Both the position numbers and the translations under genes were made by a program. 64,000 bases of DNA, taken from positions 140,277 to 204,276 of the forward strand of contig NIVC01002201.1 in assembly GCA_002269645.1 (NCBI GenBank), given 5' to 3'. This DNA is from Macrostomum lignano (taxonomy: Eukaryota). The notes beneath the pieces are model-generated. The model made no database searches. It saw only the letters and a list, made by a program, of their open reading frames with translations, and was not told the origin of the DNA. Shown here piece by piece: positions 1 through 12,860 of the stretch; position 1 is the stretch's first letter, and each line of letters opens with the position of its first letter.

Positions 1-587
1 AGAGAACACAATATAAACCAGCGTGAGATGCAGAGGATCCAAGTAAGATTAATGTAATGCCGCGTCAGCTTTATTAGCGTACCGATCAGCTCACGAGCGA
101 CGCCGACGCGTAGTACGCAATCAATCCATACTCGAGGTCCGTCCGAGATTTTCATAAACGATGCAATCATAAGTCCGAAACTGATGCCGTTCGCTAAGCA
201 GTTTGGTACCAGACCGATAACGTACACTAGCTTGATGCAAATAACGCCAGCCATCTCCATTGCAGTAGTGTACACACCTGCCAATAATAAAATTACTCCG
301 GATATGCGCAGAAGGCGAAGCTCTCCAAACCACTTGTCAGCAATTAAACCACTTAGCGCGGTCAACAAAATTCAACTAAGTATACAGGTATGTTAACAAA
401 GTTTGAGAACTCGTCGCCTTCACCATGAAAGTAGCATTTTCCTGTTTTATCGTCAAAAAATAATCGAGATGTGGATATCTCTGAAAATATTGAAACTGAT
501 TGATAGACACAGTCGCATGATAAACAAATTAGTTATTGTGCGGATCCAGGCCAACGATTTACTGTTAACAAGTTCTTCAGAAGACAT
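1..587 (-). pseudogene. Frameshifted SLC15/POT-like peptide transporter paralog (N-terminal part; runs off the window start)
   Basis: Manual minus-strand translation from the ATG at 587 gives MSSEELVNSKSLAWIRTITNLFIMRLCLSISFNIFRDIH / DDKTGKCYFHGEGDEF / ALSGLIADKWFGELRLLRISGVILLLAGVY..EMAGVIC..PNCLANGI / GLIAYYASASL..ELIG / INLTW. This is colinear with the 6346-7872 ORF but needs several frame changes. Confidence 0.8.
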
Positions 588-1849
588 CTCTGAAAAAAGA
601 AAATAATGATGATTTGATTGATGTACGTACATGTAAAGAACGTAGGTAGCGACAAAAAAATTAAAATAAATTCTGAAACTTCGTACATCTCACCGTTAGT
701 AGTTTTTTAATTTGATTATCAATAGTAGGCAGTAATTATGTGCGCTTCTGATTTCATGCCAGACTTCTACAAAGACTTATATAGGGCTCATTTTCGCTAC
801 ATGAAGTTATATAGATGTTGACTAGCATTAAATACAGCTGCACCGTTTATCTTCTGTACCGATTAGATTAGGCAAGTATATGGCAGACCAAACAACTGCG
901 GTTGTATAGAGATGAAAATTTATATACGTGCAATATCAGCTAGGGTGGTATTTTTGCCATTTCGAAACTTTTGCAATGCTTAAATTTATAAATACTACTG
1001 TAATCCGTATTTTTATGCGTTTACAGGAGGCCAGATAATTTTTTTTAAAATAATAAACATTTACATGCACATAACATAGCTGCCGTTGCATTTTAATCTA
1101 CAGCAAGATTAATCAATAATAACACATAGGATGCTATTTTTGAAAACAAGATACGAAATAGCTGTGCTAACTTTAGTCACTAGCTTATCTTACCTGTACA
1201 TTCAATTGTCAGTATCGGCATGAGTATCATTTCGGCTGAACGTCGGTGCAATGTAAAACACAATTTTACAGCGAAGTTGAACACATCGACCGAAGCCGCT
1301 GACATTGAATAGCTGTACGGCGAAATGCTGTACATTTGTAAATCATTTGTAATATTATATTAAAAAATGCTATGTATGAGATCTTCATAGCTTAAGTTTT
1401 AACAGTTTAATTATAGTAAAGTAAGGCCTTGGGTTATATTTTTCCTTCTAGACGATAGCAAAGACAAGTACTGGCGCCTATACGTGTAGTATAATAGCTT
1501 ATCTACAGAAACTAGGCACCAGTTGGAGCAGATGATGTAAATCTTTGAAGGATAAGCTCTATTGACTACTATGGGTTCCTAAACGTACTGTAAAAATCAG
1601 CTAACTTTGTATTACTTAAATTTCTTGTATGTAACTATGCGTTCTGTGAATTCATGACACACAATTCATGCTTAATTAGTGAATATCAGAATTTATTTTA
1701 CGATTGATAAATTCAATACGATTGTCGGTAAAATTATCGAGAAAATGTGGTGGTAGTTTCTTTTCTAATGGTTATAAAAAATTCTTGATAAACTTTTTTA
1801 GCTTGAGATTTATATTCATGAGCCTGAGCCTGAGAGCCTGAGTATGGAC

Positions 1850-3520
1850 AGTCAGCTTTGCCTCGCGAGCACTGTCCGACACCGAGCGCCGCTACTCTGC
1901 GTCGGAAAAGGATGCTGTGGCTTGCTTCTGGAGCTCCGAGCATTGGCACCTGTTGCTTTACGGTCGGAAGTTCAAGCTTCTCACCGACCATCAAGCGCTG
2001 TAGACCCTGCTGTCACCTCGAGGAGTCAGCCAACGACCTCTTTGGCTTCAGCGCAGGTGCCAGCGACTCTTCGTCTACGACTTCGACATCGAGTACGTCC
2101 CCGGAAAGCTCAACGTAAAGCCCGACTTTCTGTCTCGCTACGGCTACGACGGCAAGAGCGTAGCCAACGAGTCCAACGAGCAGCACCAGAGCGAGTCCGA
2201 CATCAACCTGGTGCTGGCCAGAAGCGCCGAGCCGATCTCAGTCACTCAACTGGCCGATGCAACCAAGAGCGACAACCAACTGCAGCGAGTCATCGGGTAC
2301 CTCCATCAACCGATGGCCAGCCGAAGTTCCAACCGACCTGAAGGGCTTCTACCAGGTGCAACACTAGCTATTTCTGTAGAACGATGGTTACTGCCCGACG
2401 AGAGGCGGCCGAGCCATCATCCCGACTGACCTCCGCGACCTTGTGCTGGCAGAGGCGCATTAAGGACATCTAGGCGTCGCCAAGGTCAATTCACGGTGCT
2501 GCGATACGGTCTGGTGGCCGGGAATTGACAGCGACGTGAAGGCCTTCGTGGGGAGTGGGGAACTGCAGCGCCTGCGTCCTGTCTGAGAAGGCGTTCAAGC
2601 AGATCAAGGTCCCATGGTCAGCGACGGAGCTACCGGCAGGTCTATGGCGGCAGCTGCAAGTCGATATCGTTGGAGAGCTGCCGGAAGCCAATGTGCCGCA
2701 GTCCCATCGATTTTTCATCGTCGTTCTCGGTCTCTACTCCAAGTGGCCTGAGATCATCGCATCTTCATCCGTGACTTCCACTGCCTCCCTTCGCAGCCTG
2801 TTCGTCCGCTGGGGGCTTCCAGACGAAATTACCACGGACAACAGACCTCAGTTTGTGTCGACCGAGTTCACAGACTTCCTCAGCTCGCTCAGCATCAAGC
2901 ACCATCGCACTCCGTTCTACTGCTCACGGCAGAATGGCGGAGTCGAGAAGTTCAATGGCTTCATCAAGACCTCACTGCGCGCACTACACGCCGACGGTGT
3001 GCCAGTGAAGCAGGCGGTTCAGGAGCTGCTGCTAGCGTATCGATCATCTGAGCACGCGCTGACCAAGAAGTCTCCGGCTGAACTGATGCTGGGACGGAAG
3101 CTCCGCCTGCCTCTCAGTCGTCTTCAACCAGCAAGCACCGAGTCAACGACGGACCAGGAGCTGCGGCGTAGCGTCACGGAGCGACAGCAGCAGGCCAAGA
3201 GCCGCCGCCGGATGCGCAAGCAGAACCAGCCACTGACGGACGCAGCGTTGACTGTCGAGAGCCGCGTCCGCCGGCCGAGCCGTGGAAAGCCCAGCAGTGG
3301 CGTCTCCGAGCCTGTCGCGAGGGCAACACAATCACTCTGATCGATGGCAGTCGCTGGTACATCAGCCGCTGCATCCTGGATGACCACCACGGCTGGAGTG
3401 ACGGGCCGACGACACAGAGGCTCCGGGAAAGCTGGACGGCGGACAACCAGAGGCGGTTCAGCCAACGCCACCGCTGCACGCTCTGAGAGACTTCGTGCAC
3501 CGCCTGAATGATTCGGCGAC
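1850..3520 (+). mobile_element. Decayed Ty3/Gypsy LTR-retrotransposon pol fragment (RNase H, H2C2 zinc-binding, rve integrase)
   Basis: VSFASRALSDTERRYS..., FKLLTDHQAL and FDIEYVPGKLNVKPDFLSR (RNase H). AH*GHLGVAK...WWPGIDSDV (HHCC region, TAA at 2461). Integrase ORF 2555-3340 with QVDIVG, PDEITTDNRPQF and NGGVEKFNG. Frameshifts and stops throughout. Confidence 0.9.
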
Positions 3521-6345
3521 GTTGTGACTCATGATTGACTGACTTGACTGACTGCTCATGCACCGAAAAATGTTCCATTGACATTGCTTGCTTTAATGCG
3601 TTGGCTTATCCCACCCCGTAATCTGTCATCTCTTTGCACGGGTGGATGATTTTGTGAATGTGCATGCTCAATGACAATATGTAATTTACGCGCACTGATG
3701 TACATCTACGAGTATCAGTCAAATAATATATATATATTGACTAGCTCACTAGCTGAGAGCTACCTCTGCTCTCCTCTCCTTCGTCTCAAGTGAATTGATT
3801 TTATTCATTTGGCCAGCGGCCACAACAGTGGCGCTTTCAGCATCCCCATTGGTGCTGAAGACTTACGCTCTATGTGCGCTGAGACATGACTTCCAGTTTC
3901 AAGCTTTGCTGAGATGCTGGTAGATGCTACTGTTTCTGCTTCGCTTCTTTGGCCATACAGTACAGAATTTGATGCACGATTCCAAGCATAATGCGAGTAT
4001 ACGATTACAGATAATACATATACTACGGGCTGACCCAACAAACCATTTTATCGGACAGGAAGAACTCTAAGAACTCTATAAGAACTCTTGTGCCTTCACA
4101 TCAGTGCTGAAAGTCCGGCCTCATAAAAATATCTCTTCAGTGAAGTCTTTGTAGCTTGAATGAACCTCGCAGTTTGTCCACTTCATCCTAATTTTACTGG
4201 AAGTGGTGGAACAGCGTAAATATCTCACAATTTGTGAGAAAAGGAGCTACGTAACCTTGCCTTAAATCGCTCAGAGAGCATAAAATGGGAAAACCCCATG
4301 ATGTCATGATTAGAATCAGAAGATGTGCGCACTTTTGGAAGTTGTCTGGAAGAGGCGCGGCACTCGTAAAATAGTCTGGCATGAGCGCGCACTATTAGTA
4401 GGGTCAAGACTGGCTTGAGGAAAGCAACCAGAGTTGTTCTGATGGCCAGCTCTTTTAGTCGTTGTATTGAATTTGAAATAGAGACGTCGATCTATTTTCC
4501 AAATAAGATGCCTGCGGCTGCGTCAGCGGTGTAAAGGTGCTTCATACAACAACAAAATAAAAAAAAACGCGTATTAAGGCAGTCACGCGAGTCATGAGAG
4601 GCAAAAACAACGTCACAGGGCGTTGATGGAATCATGGAATTCATGGAATTCATGGAATCGAATATTGAGCACTGCTGACTTTGGCTGCTGTCATTTGCCT
4701 GTGAATATTTCAAGAGTGGTGATCAGTAACTCAAAATTCCCACTTCCAGACCGTGAGTCTGGGAACAGAATTTAGTGTTCACTTACTATAGCGGGCTCCT
4801 CTTCAATTGTAATTCAAGCTGCAGTCGCGCACTGAGGGTACTCCTTGTCGATTCTGAAGTCGGCCGAATACGAGAGCAACTTTAATAATCGTAACAGTTT
4901 AATCCGCCGCCATTAAAGTGTTCCTTGTGATTAGTAATCAAAATCGTAGATGCGTCCTAATAATCAGTTTATAATAATATCAAGGTCCTCCGGAAAGGGG
5001 CGTCTTCATCTAGAAAAATCGGAATCGGAGTCGTGTGCCCTTATCTGTTAATCTAGGGTACCAAAATCAATCAAATCAATAATCGTCTAAGAGTGTCTGA
5101 ATCGATCCCGTGGATCCCATCCAATCCCTTAGGAATAGGGAGGCCTCAAATTCAATTACTGAGTAGAAATAAACTTATCAATAACGGCCGGCAATGACTC
5201 AAGCTCTCGATAATCAAATAACAAAGATGACGTCGAAGGCTTACCGATCGGTATGACTTTCCCTCGGAGATACACTGTATGGTCCTGATTGACTCGTCAG
5301 GTCGCTCTGAGTCTAGAGAAACTGCTTTGAGTCTCTTTGGGCCTCTCCGAGTCTGAGATTTCAGCTCGGATTTTTGGCTCGTATTTATAGGTGAATCTTG
5401 CGAGAATAAGGTCATTTTTCGAGGAGGTGACGAGTTCAATTTTTTGGAATTTGACCATTTGACAGTTGAATCGAAATCAAGCGAATACAATAGATCTCCG
5501 GGCATTATTTACCTTTTGGGGTCGTGATTCGTTGTATATATTTGAGGTAATATTCATTGGTTCATCTCTTGCGTTATAAATAGTATAGTATCATGCATGA
5601 TTCAAGCTTTTAAATTCTACTCCAGTATTAGTCTTACTCTACTTACAGTAGCATTTTATGCACGTGTCTTTCTATACCTGCGTGCTTGTGCATAGCATAA
5701 GACTATTATAGATGGACTTCAGTCTACTATAGCTGGTTTTGGTGGCACAGCCGCAAAGTTCGTGTTCGCTTTTTTAGGGCAATTCAACCGACTGAAGTAT
5801 TGTAAATCATGCTTTTGTAGCTCGTACTTGAAAGCAATGCTTTGAAAAAAAGTGCCGAGCGCACATCTAATACGATCTCTGCGGGCTTCTTGCTTACTGT
5901 TTAAAATTCCACAATAGAGACATTAATATCATTTGGCAGCAGTCAACTACTGTTCAGACTGTGACTAGGAAGCTCCCGCCTAGAACCTCTTGGCCTCTCG
6001 CTGAACAACACGTCGTTACCGTGCCATCGAGAACGCAAAAAACGAAGTTGATAAAATGCGATTGAAGTTTTTTATACGCTTGTATCGTTGTTGATAATGT
6101 CTCGAATAACATAAAAATGTATTAATGTGTCTAAGCAGCACTTTAGGAGACACGAGCCTATTATCATACCATCTAGAATCTAGAATCTAAAGTCATTTAG
6201 ACTAATGAAGCAAGTTTTAGAAAACCAGAAAAAACGATCAAAATTACAAAGTTGGAAATAAGACATCGTGTGGTTAAAGTTATGTACGTCCTGCTTATTA
6301 CTGTCAGATTGTAAGTCAAACTTGTCTCGAATGCCACAACTGAAC

Positions 6346-7872
6346 TTACAAACTGTTCGAACTTCTCTCGGGTGCTTCGTCAACCTCGTCACCATTAGCG
6401 CTGCTGACGTAGCGCTGGTAATCCAGGCCATTCAATTCCCTGCTGTCATTTTCGCTGTCACATTCGCTGGCTTCTTCACTGCAGTAGTCATCGAACTCAA
6501 GCATGCGTGCAGCTATTTTCGTGCTCACGCAACCGTAGTACAGAAGCAAAAAAACTGTCTCGACCACCATCACTACGTAGGACACCCAAAGATTGTTTGA
6601 TTTACCCCAAACTGGTTTAAGAATAGGCTGATTGTAAGGAATTTCCATCATAGATAATATAGTAACGCCAGCGATACTTGTGCCAACTGCCCAGATTGTG
6701 AATAGGAATCCCATGACTAAATTCTTGCTTCCAGCCGGTGCCACTCTGTACATGAGCTCGTAGCCCGCAACCAGAGCCAGAGCGTTGCTAATTCCATCCA
6801 GAGCGGATGCAGTTGCGTAGACGTTGTGAACCATTTGCGGATTCGGCGGCAAGAGATCATCTTCCATGGCAGCCCAGCAATTCCAGGCAATCAAAGCTAC
6901 TCGGCAGAGTAGCAGCAAGAACACTCCAGAATAAAAACGGGCACTGATATGACCATTTTTGCTGTTCAAATAGCCAAGCTGAAAGCATACGACAAGCATA
7001 ACCAGCGTAGAAATAGTTCCCGCATTGTATCCGATGAAAATCTCGGAGCAATTACTGCTGGTAGAGTTTTCTGTGGTACGATTCAAATAGAAATTTATCT
7101 CTTGACAGTACAGACCACCGCGCACGAAACTGATAACGTTAACAAGTAGCACAAGCGGTGCTAGTAGCAAAAAGTAGCGCAACAGACGAGCTTTAGTAGG
7201 AAATAGGAAACCATCAGACGCCTGGTGACGAACTCGGTGCAGATAGCTGCTCCAGTCGAGTCGAAGCAGAATGGATGCCGCTATTTGTACCAACGGCGGA
7301 ATGCAGAATGCCCAGGTCAGATTGACAGAAGGTCGAATTATCCTCGGCAGTAAGCCAATTAACTCGCCAAGAGAAGCGGCTAGGTAATAAACTATCAGGC
7401 CGGGAATCGGACTACCGATCTGTCCGAATGTGAGTTTCTGAGGCGCTGCAAGCATTGAAGCGACTCCGATACCATTGGCAAGACAGCCGGGCAGGAGACC
7501 GAAGAGGTACACCCACGGTATGCAGATGAGTCCGGCCATCTCGACAGCGACAAAGTAAACAGCAGCTAGCAGTAATACGGCGCTAGAAATGCGCAGTAGA
7601 AGCAGCTCGCAAAGCCACTTATCAGCAACGAGACCGCCGAGAGCTGGCAGAAAGAATTCAATTATATACACTGAAATTAAGTATTTGTACATTTCTCCCT
7701 CGCTTCCTCCTTGGAAGTGACATCTTCCAGTCTCGGCGTCCTGCACGTAGTCGGTGATGCGAACGTCTCTCATGGCATTGAACGTTATGGTCGTGCACAA
7801 TCGCATGATGAATAGTATTAGTAGGCTGTGCTTCCAAGTACACGAGGCGTTGTTAACAAAGTTGGAGATCAT
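6346..7872 (-). CDS. Divergent SLC15/POT (PTR2) family MFS transporter, single coding exon, 508 aa
   Basis: Many hydrophobic helices. FFLPALGGLVADKWL matches the PTR2 motif (LGxxxADxWLG), and GYELMYRVAPAGSKNLVMG matches the TM10-11 ExxYxxAPxxMK region. N-glycosylation-rich loop NRTTENSTSSNCS. A splice acceptor (ttctttcag) lies upstream in the 5' UTR. Confidence 0.8.
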   Translation of the reverse strand: MISNFVNNASCTWKHSLLILFIMRLCTTITFNAMRDVRITDYVQDAETGRCHFQGGSEGEMYKYLISVYIIEFFLPALGGLVADKWLCELLLLRISSAVLLLAAVYFVAVEMAGLICIPWVYLFGLLPGCLANGIGVASMLAAPQKLTFGQIGSPIPGLIVYYLAASLGELIGLLPRIIRPSVNLTWAFCIPPLVQIAASILLRLDWSSYLHRVRHQASDGFLFPTKARLLRYFLLLAPLVLLVNVISFVRGGLYCQEINFYLNRTTENSTSSNCSEIFIGYNAGTISTLVMLVVCFQLGYLNSKNGHISARFYSGVFLLLLCRVALIAWNCWAAMEDDLLPPNPQMVHNVYATASALDGISNALALVAGYELMYRVAPAGSKNLVMGFLFTIWAVGTSIAGVTILSMMEIPYNQPILKPVWGKSNNLWVSYVVMVVETVFLLLYYGCVSTKIAARMLEFDDYCSEEASECDSENDSRELNGLDYQRYVSSANGDEVDEAPERSSNSL

Positions 7873-10014
7873 TTCGAGTTCCGGTGTTATGAATTAAAAC
7901 GGGCCTGAAAGAAGAAGTCTGTAAATGTTTATACCCGTATGCATCAGCCGTAGCTACACAATACTGCTGGCTATATACTCGTAAGTGCATGTGTTGGAAT
8001 CTCGTAGCAACCTTAAATAAATAAAAATAACTTACCTACCTTCATAGATTTAAGCTGATTTCTCAGCTAAAATTTCATGTGTTGACAGTGTCGTCTCTTG
8101 TGTTTCAAATCTCGAAAATATGTTTAACAAAGCTACCGTTGGCTCAAGTTTTACAGAACTGAAAACCTTAAGTGTCTTTTCCAAGTTACTTGTTATACAG
8201 CCTAGCTACTAGACTCAACAAAACTTACCGGGACTCCACTTAAATTTAGCTACCGGGTTAATGGGTCCTTTTTCCTATACGCGACAATGTTTTTTGTAAG
8301 GCAGCTTTTTTCTGGTATCACGTGGTTTTACTTCATTGTAACATGCATATATGAATTATTCTTGACCACGAATCGAGCAGAATTCTGCTAAAATAATTCT
8401 TCATCGTTTATTGCTATGACGATTCTTGGTTTGTCTGAAGTTGCTTTGCGTTTAGATAACTTAAACTGACCTTGTTTACTGACCTCGTTCAACTTCAGCT
8501 AGCTAGAATGTTTGACTGTATCAATCTGCCAATACGAGCGGATGCATCATGTTGACTAGCTGAATGGCTGACAGAACATCGCTTCACGCTGATCACGATT
8601 GAGTGATTAGAAGCTGAAATGCCAAGGTTAACCATGCTTTTATAACCTTCCCCGCCCAGTGTCAATTGGCAAAAAATAACAGATAGCTACCCCATGCTTG
8701 TATAAACAGGTAAAAAGTCACTCTACAATCCATTAAGGAAGTCAACACTGCTGCCAGAAGCTTGCATGATGTCAACATCCACGCGAGTTAAAACTTAAAA
8801 CTAATTCCATTTGAAATGTTTTACATGTATCGCATTCAAAACTCTCATTAGATCGATTATACTGTTTATTAGTAAAGATGTTTATACTTTGTCAAAGTAA
8901 ATGTGTCAAAAATGTGTCAATGAGACTGCTTGTTGACAACTCAATTTTTATTGCTGCAGCATCGTTGAAACAGTTTGCATGAGTCATCAAGGCCTGGCAA
9001 GAGAATTAGACATGCGTAAGGGATATTTAAGCTTAGTAACAAAAGCTAATGTAGGGGTGCCTTCTCCTCCTGGGCGATGCCATCGGCTCCCACGGGAGTT
9101 GCACTTTCTAGCTAACGCCCATCAGCGACGAACAGTTGCAGTCTGTCAGGCTTCTGAACAGCTTCAGGCGGCAGAAGAAGGCCCTACCAAGAAAACAAGT
9201 CGAAAGAGGAGCTTAAAAAAGAATGCAGACTAAGGGAGGTTTTTCGAAGGATTGAAATGGCGTGGAGGCATGGGTTTTTCCCTGACTGAATAAGGATACA
9301 GCTTGGTATTGAGGAAGCGAGGCTGTGACAGCCTGTCATCCTAGATTTTGGACCCAAGCGGGAGAGGCGAGGTGCCCTGCTGCGTGAGGGCGTCAGCTTC
9401 GAGCGATGACGAATCGAGCTGTAATATTTTCGGAGTCAAATGATGCGCGCTGCAATGACCTGACCTGGACAAAAGTCTGTCTGCCTGACTGGCTTGCCCG
9501 GGAACAATTTTTTGCTTTAGTCGTTTCAAACCAACTTTTTTTTTGCCTGAAGATTTGCAGTTATGCTCGTATAAGTATGTTCGATTTTTACATTTAAGCA
9601 AAAAATGGTTAGAATTTATATATTTTGACAGATAAACTGGACAGCGTCGGGCTTTTAGCTACTTATTATAGCTCTATCCAGCTAGTTTTGGTCCGTAATT
9701 TATCATCAATTTATTAGTTTTGTTATATTTTACAATTTAAAAAGTTCGAAAAGTGTGACCTAAAAAACTTTAATCAAAAGAACAAAATCAAAGCAAACTA
9801 GACAGGTGTACGCGCAATAAATTTTGCAATCCTAAGCCATGTTGAAGTCAGCTGCAATGCGCCAGTCGCATATTGTTATAATTACCACCATGAGCAGCCG
9901 CCGATGAGTAAGACGCAATCACGCTAGATTTCTGCGACGAACTGCTGCCTGAAATTCAGTTTTTTGTGTTAGATAAAAAATTATCATATTAATTAATTGA
10001 CAATCTCTTTTACC

Positions 10015-10290
10015 TCAAGGGCCAGATGGAGAACCTAGAGAATGACTGCGGGCCGGAGGAGGGGAGAGAGGAGAGGTAGATGAGAGAGAAGAGCAGAGAG
10101 GAAAGAAGAGGAGATGCGAGAGGAAGAGAGTAGAGAGGAGATTAGAGAGAGGAGCGCTGAGAAGAGACACAAACATTGAGCGGGCCGGATTGCTATTGCG
10201 GGTTTTAAAGGATCCGAGGGCTGGATAGAGAGGCTTTGCGGGCCGCATGTGGCTCAAAGGCGGATTTTGTCGTCCCATGATCTGCAGCAA
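10015..10290. mobile_element. Degenerate non-autonomous DNA-transposon (hAT-like MITE) relic with GA-rich core
   Basis: Contains gcgggccgcatgtggc and ttgctattg..aaagga..gctggatagagaggct, shared with 15950-16225. Both copies carry a purine-rich (GA) interior. Confidence 0.5.
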
Positions 10291-12860
10291 GCAAGCACTT
10301 CCTAAAGTATTTTAGTTCGTCTTATATTCTGTCAACAAAAAATAGTCTAAAATAGACGAAAAGGCACCGAATGTATAATACAACCATCAGTGAGACAATT
10401 CTACTACGCTCTATGCAGGTATTCTCCAATCTGAAAAATTCTAGCCGAAAGAATTAACTTGCCTCTTCATTTAGAAATGCACCCACAAAGTACGAGACTT
10501 AACCTATACATTTATTTGTGCTTTTCGTGTGTTGCAATAACATAAATAATGAATGCGGATACGCCCAAATCATAAGCAGACATCTCTTGCCCGAATCCGG
10601 TGGCAGCTCAGTAGCGCGGAGATCGGTTATCTGACTGGGCAATGAAAATAATTACTGCAACTTCTATCTGGATGGCGAATCAATTTCTCTCAATTTATTT
10701 TCCTCTCCTTCTAGGACTTCTCTTTTCGATGAAAATAGCATTTTTCGATCCTTCTCGTGGAAGTTAATTAGGAATGCGTCCTTGATGAACTGTGGGTATA
10801 AACAGTCTTTCTATCGATTGGAATTGGACCAAAGGACCAAAAATGCTGTAGATAGAACGGAATTTAAGTTAAGTTAAGTATAACACCTTGAGCCTCTGAC
10901 ACTCATGTGTGATCAAAATGTCCAGGTTCGATTAGGCTTGAGCACTGAAATTGAACTTAAGCTGATCCTCTGTACACCTAGTTCGAGTGCGTGCATGGCT
11001 AAGGCTGTACTTATCCGTGTTATTGTGCGTTATCAGGAGTCAGCATCTCATAAACAAATCCTGAGGGATCTTGAGAATAAGAATAATTTCACACAATATC
11101 AATCAGTTTACTTCTCTGTTGAATGCATAGTATCGAAACTTGTCCGACACAAGTACGCCTTTCTAATAGGAAAATGTAATAAAATAACTTCTACATGTAT
11201 AAAAGCTACAAGCCTAAATAATGATCGATGATAGCTTGTATTGATGCATTGAAGCAAGTTAAGCTACCATGTAAAGGCGAAAGGCGCAATGAACTTCTTA
11301 ATTCCCAGAGATTTCCGCCTGCGAAAAGCGAATTGAAGCAACTTGGCTTGCACGAGTGTCTATGGCCATTATTTCAGCCCCTTACCTACTACGCAACGTC
11401 ATTGTTTAGCAATTTGACGATCATTATTCACATTTTTAATGCAGAACAATTCATTACTACAAAAATGCATTGTCTGTAGGATCGTCAAACAGAAAAAACA
11501 ATGCAAAGAATCAGCGGTCGCAGTGCGCTCGCCAGACAATCGTTGTCACGCACTGGGACCGCTGATTATTTATCCATTGTTCCACACTTTTTATCACGCC
11601 TCAATTTGCTGCTTTGAGAGTTATTTGACCAATAGACGACTGAAATGTGTCTTAGTTTGACCATAGACAACACTGTGATGAGTGCTGATTTCGTTTGCGT
11701 CTTGAAAGAAATCAGGAAAGCGGGTAGTACGAGTGAAAGCTACTTGTCTTGTCAAAAAAACTATGGCTGGTGCATCTCGTCGAACAGCCCCGCTTATTAA
11801 TTGGAAAAATCTTCTTGTCAACGACTGAACGAACCGTGCGACCTATGCTTCAGTGGAGGTGACACAGGAGATGTGGGTGAAGCATGGTAAGCATAATAAG
11901 TCAACATTGTAAGTAAATTAGTGGCTATACTATGGTTATATAGAAACGGTGAATTTTTTACAATGTCCATTAAACTGCAGGTCGGATAGATTCGAAACGC
12001 GCAGTTCGCTTCTTCGAGAACTGGCACTTCAAGGATTGCACGTTTCAGTTTTAATGAGCAACTTCTGATGAACAGTCCATGACTACTGCGTTGTTTTTGT
12101 GCTTAATGTGCGCGTTTTCCATTGTTTGGTGGCTAAAATGTCTTGACTATCCTTTTTTCTTCTCAATGTATTCCAGAATGCCATGTAGACTGTTTGCGAA
12201 CAATATTCCCTTATGTCAGATAATAAATGCATAGTTAACTAATCGTCTATGGTTCAAACGCCTGCTAAAGCTGAACTAATGGCCAGTTGAATTTGTCATT
12301 GCGCCAGGCTGTGTCTTATGGACAATGCAAACGTCGATCAGATTCTGGCTCCCTCCCACTCCTTTCCTTCACCCCCTATCGAAGTCGCATAAGGCAAACT
12401 TCCGTGTCCACTAACGGTTAGAACCTCCGATAGATATAGATGTATTTGATGTCTCTCAACGTTTTAGTCTGTATCTATAGTCTGTCTACACTGAATAAAA
12501 ATAGCTATCCTACCTATAGATTCCACCTAGAAACCATCAAAGAGAATGCACCAATGCCTGGCCTTTAATCCCCGAACATCTGAGGTACTAGTCTACCCAA
12601 ACGTCACTTCCCAGCAGGGAATAAGCATCCATTCGAAAAAGCTCCAGGTCCCAAAATGTAGCCACTTGAATGGCAGTTCCTCGGGCCCATTAGGCTTCGC
12701 TAACTACCCAGCGGTAAACCGGGTTTCGAATGGGACTAGCGGGACAAAACTTGACGAAACGCATTCGCGCACGAATATAGAAATATGAAGCCGAGATTGA
12801 TACATTAGATTGTGACAGTGCTTTTGTGGTATTTCTAAATTATGTTATCGACAGAATTAA

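Noticed and set aside
3600-3790. Possible polypurine tract and 3' LTR of the Gypsy fragment
   Set aside because: There is no second LTR or TSD in the window to confirm the boundaries.
3800-5510. Short minus-strand ORFs that look like decayed coding sequence
   Set aside because: I recognise no motif in any frame and stops are frequent.
10590-10660. tRNA/SINE-like A-box (ggtggcagctcagtag)
   Set aside because: No B-box (GGTTCGANTCC) and no cloverleaf.
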